A DNA stretch of 64,000 nt, taken from assembly GCA_963538475.1 (NCBI GenBank), contig CAUTIE010000003.1, positions 921 to 64,920 of the forward strand, in the 5' to 3' direction. The notes beneath the pieces are model-generated. The model saw only the letters and a list, made by a program, of their open reading frames with translations, was not told the DNA's origin and made no database searches. Position numbers and translations under genes: made by a program. The stretch is from an uncultured Atopobiaceae bacterium. GTDB taxonomy: Bacteria > Actinomycetota > Coriobacteriia > Coriobacteriales > Atopobiaceae. Within the stretch, counting starts at the first letter, position 1; every line of letters begins with the position of its first letter. Shown piece after piece: positions 55,775 through 64,000 of this stretch.

Positions 55775-57337
55775 TTACAGACCAGGCGCTCTCCACATGC
55801 TCTTGACCTTGCCCTCTTCTGCAAGCTCAAGCTGACTCTTGTAAACATCCTTCCACTGGACATACAGCTGGTCGTAAACAGCCTTGTTGTCGGGGTTAGG
55901 GGAGAATGTCTTATCCCATTTAACAACGCGCTTTGCACCCTCAGCGATGCTTGGGTAGATGCCCACACCGTAGCCTGCAAGAACAGCGGCACCCAGAGCA
56001 GTTGCCTCTTTGACCTCCGGAATGCGAACGTTCTTGCCAGTAACGTCGGCAACAATCTGCGCCCAAAGAGGGCTCTTGGAAGCGCCGCCTGCAAAGATGA
56101 GCTCGTCTGGCTCATTGCCGGTAGCCTCTTTGACCAGGTCAATATGGCCACGGACGAGAAGGGCGGTGTTCTCCAAAATTGCACGATAGAAGGTGTACTT
56201 ATTGAAACGCTCTGGATCAAGTTCAAAGTTGGTGAACGTTGGGCTTGCGTGGGTCCAGTGGATGTAGTTCATAACGTCACTGAAGCAGCAAAGCATACCG
56301 TGGCTACCTGCAGGAATCTCTGCAGCGTGCTCGTTCATGACGTCGTATACATCAATGCCGCGCTCTTTTGCCTCGGCCTTTTCTGCCTGGCAGAAGCCGT
56401 CACGATACCAACGCATAACCAGACCAGGCTTGAATGCTAGGGCCTCGTACTGCCAAACCTGTGGAATAGCGTGGCAGTTTACACGGACGCGATACTCTGG
56501 ATCTGGAGTGCTCTTATCGGTGTTGAACTCGTACTGCCAGAAGCTACCACCAAAAACACCAGCCTGACCAGGCTCGCAAGCGCCAACGCCAATCATGCCC
56601 AGCTGACAATCACCGCCGCCGACAACAACAGGCGTACCCTCGGCAAGGCCCGTCTCTGCTGCGGCGTCTGCAGTTACAGTGCCAAGAACTTCTCCGCACT
56701 CGATAACCTGGCCAAACAGGTCGTCGCGCAGACCGCACTCCTTAGCAATCTCTGGATCCCAGGCGCGTTCTTCCAGGCTCATAATGCCGGTGGTGCTGCC
56801 GTTTGATGGCTCAACTGCCAGAACGCCGGTGAGCTTGTAGGCAAGCCAGTCGTTGAACATGCCAATCTTGGCCGCCTTGTTGTAGATCTCTGGCATCTTG
56901 TTCTTAACCCAAAGAAGACGAGGTAGAGCGCCTAGTGCATAGGTCTGGCCACTCTTCTGGTAAATCTTCTTCTCAAGTTCTGGGTCCATATCAATGAGCT
57001 GCTTGACCTCGTCAACGCTTCGAGCGTCAACGTTAGCGCACGCCCAAATCTCGTTGCCGTCCTGGTCATACAGGAGGATGCCCTCGCGCATGCAGGTGGT
57101 GGAAATACCAGCGATTTCTTTAGGATCAATGGAGGTCTTTGCTAAAACCTCTTTGATGCAGTCCAGAGCAAGCTGCCAGTCAGCAACCCAATCAAAGTCC
57201 ATGCTGCCAGGCCAACGAGGGTCCTCGTGGTGCTCCCACTCGCGCTGAGCAACCCCAACCTGCTCACCGTCAACACTAAAGAGAACGGCGCGAATACTTC
57301 CTGTTCCCGCGTCTAGTGCAAGAAGATACTTGCTCAT
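55775..57337 (-). CDS. lsrK: Autoinducer-2 kinase
   Basis: LALDAGTGSIRAV, PGSMDFD, MREG, WACANVDAR, EPSN..TTG, GGGDCQLG, GGSFWQ, WRAPGL. Confidence 0.95.
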   Translation of the reverse strand: MSKYLLALDAGTGSIRAVLFSVDGEQVGVAQREWEHHEDPRWPGSMDFDWVADWQLALDCIKEVLAKTSIDPKEIAGISTTCMREGILLYDQDGNEIWACANVDARSVDEVKQLIDMDPELEKKIYQKSGQTYALGALPRLLWVKNKMPEIYNKAAKIGMFNDWLAYKLTGVLAVEPSNGSTTGIMSLEERAWDPEIAKECGLRDDLFGQVIECGEVLGTVTADAAAETGLAEGTPVVVGGGDCQLGMIGVGACEPGQAGVFGGSFWQYEFNTDKSTPDPEYRVRVNCHAIPQVWQYEALAFKPGLVMRWYRDGFCQAEKAEAKERGIDVYDVMNEHAAEIPAGSHGMLCCFSDVMNYIHWTHASPTFTNFELDPERFNKYTFYRAILENTALLVRGHIDLVKEATGNEPDELIFAGGASKSPLWAQIVADVTGKNVRIPEVKEATALGAAVLAGYGVGIYPSIAEGAKRVVKWDKTFSPNPDNKAVYDQLYVQWKDVYKSQLELAEEGKVKSMWRAPGL

Positions 57338-57351
57338 CAGATCCTCCTTGT

Positions 57352-58266
57352 TTACGAAAGAAGCAGCTCAGCAGCGGTGTCTGAATCCGTGATGAGCACG
57401 TTCAGATAGCCGCCGTTAAGCACTGCTTTAATTGCCGTAACTTTATCTTTGCCACCAGCAACGCCAACAACGTTCTTGAGCTGGCGAAGCTTGTCCAGAT
57501 CGGTGCTAATGACGCGATCTTCAATTTCTGTCTGAATAAGATTGCCGTCTTTATCCATAAAGTGATTGAGGACGTCGCCGACAGCTCCCTGCATCTTAAG
57601 CACGGTCAGCTCGCCCTCGTTAAGGATGCCGTTGCGCAAAACGGTAGCGCCCTCAACTGCGGCGCCGATGCCGACCACACTCATGTCTGCATATTCCGTC
57701 ATAGTGGACACGTCTTGCAGGCTTTTCTCGTCAAGAAGCGCATCGCGCACTTGGCGAGAAGACACAACAAGTGGAGACGGTGTCAGGAACAGGTGCATGG
57801 AGTAGGCAGTGGTGCCAACGGATGGCAGGTAGTAGCTCACGCCGCCCGTAAGGCTTACAACGTTGAGCGACTCCTCACGGTTCTTGGCAAGAAATCCCAA
57901 CATACGACTGACGGTATCGCCGTAGCCAATGTTGAGGTAGCCGTCCTCGCGCAGGTGATCGGAGACGTAGTGAGCTGCGCCCTGAGCAATAGATTGATTA
58001 ATGGCAGAGCTGTCCAGGGGAGTTGGGACCACAAAAGCGTCCTTGAGGCCAAAGCGGTCAATAAGGAGTTGTTCTGCGGAAACGCGCTGGCTATCGTTTT
58101 TTCTGAAGCTGAACTGAACAATGCCCTGCGCGCGAGCCTCTTCAAGCAGACGGATAACTTTTGCACGAGAAACGCCCATGACCTCAGCAATCTGAGCCTG
58201 GGTGTTATCTTCCATGTAGTAATACCACGCAGCCTTGGTGGCTAGTGCATATGTTTGTTCGTCCAT
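57352..58266 (-). CDS. lsrR: SorC/LsrR family transcriptional repressor
   Basis: AWYYY..D.TQ.QIA..MG.SR.KV, IGYGDT, SLTGG, VGIGA, VAGG..K, LITD; next to lsrK. Confidence 0.9.
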   Translation of the reverse strand: MDEQTYALATKAAWYYYMEDNTQAQIAEVMGVSRAKVIRLLEEARAQGIVQFSFRKNDSQRVSAEQLLIDRFGLKDAFVVPTPLDSSAINQSIAQGAAHYVSDHLREDGYLNIGYGDTVSRMLGFLAKNREESLNVVSLTGGVSYYLPSVGTTAYSMHLFLTPSPLVVSSRQVRDALLDEKSLQDVSTMTEYADMSVVGIGAAVEGATVLRNGILNEGELTVLKMQGAVGDVLNHFMDKDGNLIQTEIEDRVISTDLDKLRQLKNVVGVAGGKDKVTAIKAVLNGGYLNVLITDSDTAAELLLS

Positions 58267-58279
58267 CCGTCCTCCAGTT

Positions 58280-58312
58280 GATACTTTTGTTTAATAATAA
58301 AACATTTGTATC
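58280..58312. promoter_or_regulatory. Candidate LsrR operator
   Basis: GATAC-ttt-TGTTT-N7-AAACA-ttt-GTATC symmetric palindrome just upstream of lsrR. Confidence 0.55.
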
Positions 58313-58549
58313 TAACATACTAGACTTCATTATAGTAATTATTCTCCCTATTAACAGGAAGATATACTACAAATACCATAATTGCGTATAGAGGTATTGC
58401 GGACTATTGTTCATAATACAATCAAAAATACCATTCACGGCAGTAATAATACCGTTTGCCGTGACGGTGCTTTGAAGAATGCCTATTTATATATATCTTC
58501 AAAGTGTGAGATTTTGTACGGCCGTTTGTTATTTTTGGTAGGAGGTACT

Positions 58550-60103
58550 ATGGGTGAAACTTTTGACATCGATATCGATGCCACTGACCCAAAGTCGCCT
58601 GAAGGAAAAGATGTGTGCGAGCAGTGCGACACACTTCTTTCCGTCCGCGGAATCAAGAAGTCATTTGGTTCCAACGAGGTATTAAAAGGCATTAACTTAG
58701 ATTTGGCGCCAGGAGAGGTCATCTCTCTTATTGGTGGCAACGGTTCCGGTAAATCTACCCTCATGAAGATCATCATGGGTATTTACTCTGCCGATGAGGG
58801 AGAAATTTCTATCGATCGTCAAAAGGTTGATATCTCCAACCCTAAGGCCGCACTTGCGCACAGTATTTATATGGTTCCTCAGGAGCCAATGCTGTTCCCT
58901 AACATGACCGTTAGAGAAAACATCACCATTGGCTTTGAGGCCCCAAAAGCCGAGCTCAACAAGATGCTCGAAGATACTATGAAAGAGATTGGCTGGGAGC
59001 TTGACCTGGACCGCAAGGCAATGACGCTTTCCATTGCTGAGCAGGGTATGGTTGAGATTCTCCGCGGTCTTATGCGCCACTCCGAGATTCTTATTCTGGA
59101 CGAGCCAACTTCTGCACTTACCTTTGACGAGGTACAGAGCCTCTTCAAGGTAGTCCAGGAGCTCAAGCAGAAAAACATTGGCATCATCTACATTACCCAC
59201 CGACTGGCAGAGGTCTTTGAGATTTCTACCAGCATTGGCATTCTGCGCGACGGCGTTATGGCCATGCGTGGCAAGGTAGAGGACTTCACGCGAGAAGATC
59301 TTGTACGCGGACTTCTTCCACCAGACGCAGCAGAGATTAAGAAAGAAATTGCCGAGAGCGCAAACATTGATTACGACGCAGAGCCTATTTTTGAACTTGC
59401 TGAGTTCACCGGCTATGGCTTTGCTGACGTAAACCTCAACATTTATCCAGGCGAGATTGTTGGTCTTGCAGGTATCGTTGGTGCCGGTAGATCAGAGATG
59501 GCTACCACCATTTACGGTATGGATAAGGTGTTGGGCGGCAAGGTATTTGTTGACGGCAAAGACATCACCGGCAAGTCCACCAAAGACGTCATTGCTGCAG
59601 GTCTGAGCTATGTCCCAGAGGACCGCTTTAACGACGGTCTGTTTAGAATTCGTGACGTTGCCGAGAACACCACAAGCTCTCTGCTTGCTAACTCTTCTCT
59701 TGGTAAGTTGCTGCTTAACCGCAAAGAAGAAGATAGAGTTTCTCAGAACTACGTTGATAACTTCCGTACCAAGGTCACTGGCCTTGATCAAGAGGTAGGC
59801 GGCCTCTCTGGTGGTAACCAGCAGAAGATTGTTATTGGCCGCGCATTCTCGGTTGCTCCAAAGGTTGTTATTTTGGACGAGCCAACCCGTGGTATTGACG
59901 CTGCTGCTCGCGGCGATGTGTACGCCGTTTTGCAGGAGCTTCGTAAGCAAGGTGTTTCTATTCTTCTGATTTCTTCTGATATGGAAGAGATTATTGAGCT
60001 TGCTGATCGCGCGTTCACCATGTACCAGGGACGCATTAATCACGAGTTCAAAAAAGAAGAAATTACGCAGGACAACCTCATGTCCGCTGCATTTGGATTG
60101 TAG
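58550..60103 (+). CDS. lsrA: AI-2 ABC transporter ATP-binding protein
   Basis: GGNGSGKST, VPQEP, LDEPT x2, LSGGNQQK; RBS aggagg before ATG 58550. Confidence 0.92.
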   Translation: MGETFDIDIDATDPKSPEGKDVCEQCDTLLSVRGIKKSFGSNEVLKGINLDLAPGEVISLIGGNGSGKSTLMKIIMGIYSADEGEISIDRQKVDISNPKAALAHSIYMVPQEPMLFPNMTVRENITIGFEAPKAELNKMLEDTMKEIGWELDLDRKAMTLSIAEQGMVEILRGLMRHSEILILDEPTSALTFDEVQSLFKVVQELKQKNIGIIYITHRLAEVFEISTSIGILRDGVMAMRGKVEDFTREDLVRGLLPPDAAEIKKEIAESANIDYDAEPIFELAEFTGYGFADVNLNIYPGEIVGLAGIVGAGRSEMATTIYGMDKVLGGKVFVDGKDITGKSTKDVIAAGLSYVPEDRFNDGLFRIRDVAENTTSSLLANSSLGKLLLNRKEEDRVSQNYVDNFRTKVTGLDQEVGGLSGGNQQKIVIGRAFSVAPKVVILDEPTRGIDAAARGDVYAVLQELRKQGVSILLISSDMEEIIELADRAFTMYQGRINHEFKKEEITQDNLMSAAFGL

Positions 60104-60113
60104 GAGGTGACGT

Positions 60114-61190
60114 ATGGATCTTGTAAAGCGCCTTCTCAAGGCTAGGGGACTGAGCAGCCTCGCATTCCTGATTGCTCTCTTTATTATTGTTGGTGCAATG
60201 AATCCTGCATTCTTGACGCCAGCAACAATTGCTGCCTGCTTTAACACGTCCGTTGTCTACACATTGGTCGCTGTTGGCGTGGCTTTCACCCTGTTCATTG
60301 GTGAGATTGACGTTTCTGTTGGTTCCAACCTGGGTCTTGTTGCTGTGGTAGTGGGCAGCATGCTGAGAGATGGAACTCCACTTCCTGTTGCTTGCCTGGT
60401 AGGTATTCTTATTGGTGTAGCAATTGGCTTGGTAAACGCCTGGGGCGTTGCCGTTATGAAGGCTCCATCGCTCATCTTTACTCTGGGTACCAACGGTGTT
60501 CTGCGCGGTATCGTTTACGTGTACACCAATGGTCAGTGGGTTGAGAACCTCCCTAAGGAGTTCAAGGACTTCTCGGCAGTAACTGGTATTGGTGACTTCA
60601 CGGTGTACTATTGCGCAGTTATTGCACTGGTTATCTTGATTCACTTTGCACTGACCCAGACCCGTCGTGGTCGCTGGTTTGCAGCAGTTGGCGATAACGC
60701 TAACGGTGCAACCCTGGTTGGTATTCCAGCTCTTCAAACCAAGATTCTGGCATACGTCATCTGCGGCGTTATGGCAGCTATCGGCGGTATCATCTTCTGC
60801 AGCCGTATTGGCTTTGTTACTCCAATGAGCGGTAACGGCTACGAGATGAAGGCTATTGCAGCTTGCGTTCTTGGTGGCGTTAGCCTGCTTGGTGGCGTTG
60901 GCTCCGTCCTTGGTGCAGCTGTCGGTTCCGTCATCATGGCATCCATCAGCTACCTGTTGGTCTTCATGGGCTTCTCGTCAAATTACGACAACGCAATTAC
61001 CGGCGTCATTCTGATTGTCATTGTTGTTGTGGACGCCCTGCTTCAGCACCGCTCCATTGTTCAGAACAGGCATGCTCGTCTGAACGCACGCGTTTCTCCA
61101 AAGGCAACTTCTGAGATTCTTGCAGAGCAGATTGCAGACTTTGGTGAAGCTGCAATGAGCCCTTTGGGTAAGAAGGGCGGTGTTCGCTAA
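60114..61190 (+). CDS. lsrC: AI-2 ABC transporter permease
   Basis: EIDVSVGS, GQWVENLP, AVGDN..GA, EMKAIAACVLGGVSL.GG.G. Confidence 0.9.
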   Translation: MDLVKRLLKARGLSSLAFLIALFIIVGAMNPAFLTPATIAACFNTSVVYTLVAVGVAFTLFIGEIDVSVGSNLGLVAVVVGSMLRDGTPLPVACLVGILIGVAIGLVNAWGVAVMKAPSLIFTLGTNGVLRGIVYVYTNGQWVENLPKEFKDFSAVTGIGDFTVYYCAVIALVILIHFALTQTRRGRWFAAVGDNANGATLVGIPALQTKILAYVICGVMAAIGGIIFCSRIGFVTPMSGNGYEMKAIAACVLGGVSLLGGVGSVLGAAVGSVIMASISYLLVFMGFSSNYDNAITGVILIVIVVVDALLQHRSIVQNRHARLNARVSPKATSEILAEQIADFGEAAMSPLGKKGGVR

Positions 61191-62224
61191 TGATGAAGAC
61201 GCTTAAGGGATTCTTGTCCAAGGGTCAGACAAGCTGGAACATGATCCTCATCGGTCTGCTTGTGCTTGAGTTTGTGATTTTTGGTGCTGCAAACGGCAAG
61301 TTCTTGCGTCCAGCACTACTGTTTACCAGCATTAACGATAACCTGCCAGTCTTCATGATCTCGCTCTTTGTAACGCTTGTTATGGTTACCGGCGGCATCG
61401 ACATTCAGGTTGCTTCCCTGGTTGGCCTCACATCCATCACCATTGGCGTTGGCTGGCAGGACTTTGGTCTTCCTATCTGGGGCGCCGTGGGTGTTGCCTT
61501 TGTCCTGGTTGTTGCTTGCGGTGCACTTTCGGGCTTCTTGATTGCGTACTGTCGAGTGCAAGCAATGGTTGTTACCCTGGGTGGTAGCTTCTTGTACTCC
61601 GGTTTGGCGCTGCTCATCTCAACGCTTTCCAAGACTGAGAGCTACCAGGGAATTGGCGGTTTCCCCGAGGACTTCAAGTTTGTCTCTAACTTCCAGCTCT
61701 TTGGTGTTATTCCATTCCAGCTTCTTATTTACATCCTGATGTTGGTCATTGCATTCATTCTGCTGCACAAGACCAAGTATGGTCGCCGCGTTACCCTGGT
61801 TGGTGTTAACCAGAGTGCAGCTGAGTTCTCTGGTATCAACAGCCGAGCAGTCATCATGTCCACCTACATGCTCACTGCAGTCTCCGCAGTTATTGCAGGC
61901 GTGGTTCTGACCGCTTACCTGGGTACCGCTAAGTCCGATCTTGGCGCTGACCTCACCATGGACATCATCACCGCAGTTGTTTTGGGCGGCACGCTCTCCA
62001 CTGGTGGTAAGGGCTCCATTGTTGGCACCGCACTTGCATCGTTTGTTATTGCATTTTTGCGCTTCGGCTTGCCATTGTGCTTCAAGGTAAGCCCACAGTA
62101 CCTGGATATTCCTGTTGGTGTCCTGCTGGTTGTTGTCATCGTTGCTCGATCGGCAGCAAGCGGAACAAATATCGGTACGTTTTTGAAATCGCTGCTTTCA
62201 AGCAGCAGTAAAGCCAAGGCATAA
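61190..62224 (+). CDS. lsrD: AI-2 ABC transporter permease
   Basis: GGIDI, VTLGG..LY.G.AL, YQGIGGFP, ITAVVLGG. Confidence 0.9.
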   Translation: MMKTLKGFLSKGQTSWNMILIGLLVLEFVIFGAANGKFLRPALLFTSINDNLPVFMISLFVTLVMVTGGIDIQVASLVGLTSITIGVGWQDFGLPIWGAVGVAFVLVVACGALSGFLIAYCRVQAMVVTLGGSFLYSGLALLISTLSKTESYQGIGGFPEDFKFVSNFQLFGVIPFQLLIYILMLVIAFILLHKTKYGRRVTLVGVNQSAAEFSGINSRAVIMSTYMLTAVSAVIAGVVLTAYLGTAKSDLGADLTMDIITAVVLGGTLSTGGKGSIVGTALASFVIAFLRFGLPLCFKVSPQYLDIPVGVLLVVVIVARSAASGTNIGTFLKSLLSSSSKAKA

Positions 62225-62269
62225 GCTTTGGGGAAATTGTGCCTTAGGCACAGACAAGGGAGGTTACCT

Positions 62270-63394
62270 ATGCAAGAGATTACTCGTCGTGGTTTTATTG
62301 GTGCCGCTGGTATCACCGCAGTTAGCGCTGGCCTCGCTCTGGCAGGCTGCAATAATGGTGGTGGCGAGAAGAAGGAAGAGACCAAGAAGTCCGAGGGTGG
62401 CGGAGACGTCAAGGGCAAGACCGTAGCATTTATTCCTAAGGTCACCGGCAACGCATTCTTCGAGTCCGCAAACAAGGGCGCACAGGATAAGTCCAAGGAG
62501 TGGGGCTTCACCGTTGACTACATCGGCGACGCAACCGCATCTGTTTCCGCTCAGGTTTCCGTCATCAACCAGGCAGTTGCTAACGGTGTAGACGCAATCA
62601 GCATCTCTACCGTTGATGCAAAGGGCGTTTCCGACGCACTGAAGAAGGCAACTGCTGCTGGTATCGTAGTTACCACTTGGGACTCTGACGCTAACCCAGA
62701 GGATCGTACCCTCATGGTTTCTCAGGGTACCCCAGAGATCCTTGGCCAGATGCTTGTTGACATGGGTGTTGCTGGCCTCAAGGAGCGCGGCAAGGACCCA
62801 GAGAAGGACGAGATCACCTATGTCTGGCACTACTCCCAGGCAACCGTTACCGACCAGAACTCCTGGCAGGTAGCTGCACAGAAGATCATCAAGGAGAAGT
62901 ATCCTAAGTGGAAGAACGTCCACGAGAACTACTACTCCAATCAGGACGCAGAGCAGGCAATCACCATTGGTGAGGCAATCCTTGACGCTTACCCAGAGAT
63001 TGACCTGATCATCTGCAACGACTCCACCGCTCTTCCTGGCCAGCTCCAGGCTGCAGAGAACAAGGGCTACGACGCAAAGAAGATCACCATCACCGGTTTT
63101 GCTTCTCCACAGTCCATCAAGTCCTACTGCGAGCACGGCACCATCTACAACTGGGGCCTCTGGGACTGCGCAGTTCAGGGCGCTATGGGCTGCTACGTTG
63201 CAGCATTCCTCGCAGCTGGTAACGAGGTCAAGGTTGGCGACACCATCTCCATCCCAAGCATTGGCGATGTCAAGGTTGAGGCTAACGACTCCATCTCCGA
63301 GGGTGCAAAGACTGGCGAGAAGAACAACGGCGTTGTCCTGCTTCCTGAGCGCCTTGTCTTCACCAAGGAGAACATGAACAACTACTCCTTCTAA
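62270..63394 (+). CDS. lsrB: AI-2 binding lipoprotein with twin-arginine-like signal
   Basis: ITRRGF...LAGC; FIPK, TWDSD, QGTP..LG..LVDM, TVTDQNSW, GLWD, VLLPER..FTKEN. Confidence 0.92.
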   Translation: MQEITRRGFIGAAGITAVSAGLALAGCNNGGGEKKEETKKSEGGGDVKGKTVAFIPKVTGNAFFESANKGAQDKSKEWGFTVDYIGDATASVSAQVSVINQAVANGVDAISISTVDAKGVSDALKKATAAGIVVTTWDSDANPEDRTLMVSQGTPEILGQMLVDMGVAGLKERGKDPEKDEITYVWHYSQATVTDQNSWQVAAQKIIKEKYPKWKNVHENYYSNQDAEQAITIGEAILDAYPEIDLIICNDSTALPGQLQAAENKGYDAKKITITGFASPQSIKSYCEHGTIYNWGLWDCAVQGAMGCYVAAFLAAGNEVKVGDTISIPSIGDVKVEANDSISEGAKTGEKNNGVVLLPERLVFTKENMNNYSF

Positions 63395-63412
63395 TCAAGG
63401 CGTAAGTTCACG

Positions 63413-63442
63413 GCTGGCGAGAAGACCGATCTTCTCGCCAGC
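63413..63442. repeat. Hairpin of an inverted TGGCGAGAAGA pair after lsrB
   Basis: gctggcgagaaga-ccga-tcttctcgccagc. Confidence 0.8.
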
Positions 63443-63561
63443 TTATGAGGTAATTCAGCCGCAGAGGAGGGCGATCCTCCCGGGGCGGTTCTCCTAAGGA
63501 GGGCACCGCCAAAGAACCACTCCTCTTCTGCGAGCTTTAAGGTTTTATTGAAAGGATTTTC

Positions 63562-64000
63562 ATGGCAGATCTGGACGGATTGAAAGTAGCTAAGGATTAT
63601 CACGTAGACACTCCTTTTGCTAACAATCAGGGATTTTATGTAAAGGGTGCAAACAACCTCGACTGGGGTATGCAGAAGCACCTCTCCAACATTTTTGATC
63701 CAAAGAGCGGCAACACTGTAATGTTCGCATTTGACCACGGTTATTTCATGGGTTCAACCGCTGGTCTTGAGCGTCTTGACCTGCTGCTTCCACAGCTTGC
63801 TCCTTACGTTGACTGCTTCATGGGCACCCGTGGCGCAATCAGGACCTGCGTTTCTCCTGAGGTCTCTAAGGGCATTGCTCTTCGCGTTTCTTCTGGTTCT
63901 TCTATGCTGCAGTCCGACCTCTCGCACGAGGTTGTTGCTGTTGACATCGAGGATGCTATCCGCATGAACGCAGACTGCATGGCTGTTCAGACCTTCATCG
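63562..64000 (+). CDS. lsrF: 3-hydroxy-5-phosphonooxypentane-2,4-dione thiolase (partial, runs off the window)
   Basis: Read from DNA, absent from the ORF track: MADLDG...LDWGMQ..LS.IFDPKSGNTVMFAFDHGYFMG.T.GLER.D. Confidence 0.93.
   Translation, partial: MADLDGLKVAKDYHVDTPFANNQGFYVKGANNLDWGMQKHLSNIFDPKSGNTVMFAFDHGYFMGSTAGLERLDLLLPQLAPYVDCFMGTRGAIRTCVSPEVSKGIALRVSSGSSMLQSDLSHEVVAVDIEDAIRMNADCMAVQTFI

Overview
Chromosomal window of an anaerobic, roughly 50% GC Gram-positive bacterium, most likely Coriobacteriia/Atopobiaceae (Lancefieldella/Atopobium-like; inferred from gene style, not from a marker gene). Housekeeping genes: purF-purM-purN, pit + DUF47, trmL, rlmD, LDH-like, EF-G paralog, dxs, gldA, FprA, CNNM/HlyC, NRAMP-type + MgtE, lemA, tRNA-Ser(UGA), tadA, rlmI-type, DEAD-box helicase, metA, yfcE, asnA. 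Interspersed are AT-richer accessory genes: a block downstream of rlmD, an MFS gene, a zinc-ribbon/ECF-sigma cluster and orphans. The window ends in a divergent AI-2 (lsr) locus: cupin-lsrK-lsrR / lsrACDB-lsrF (partial). No integrase, transposase, CRISPR array or rRNA was seen. The most striking unexplained signals are: (1) a dispersed motif (T)GGCGAGAAGAHCG, whose 8-mer core occurs at least 35 times by eye versus about 2 expected; it is enriched intergenically and paired in terminator-like hairpins, much like a DNA-uptake sequence; (2) a set of 120-150 bp intergenic elements built from one inverted plus 2-3 direct copies of a ~24-bp unit, including twin elements that share a scaffold but have different co-varying cores; (3) a membrane-anchored zinc-ribbon-ECF sigma fusion; (4) a stand-alone cyanophycin-synthetase N-domain protein retaining the C...HxxEH site; (5) an NRMT-type transporter paired with an MgtE that appears to lack pore motifs, behind a Pro-containing leader ORF.
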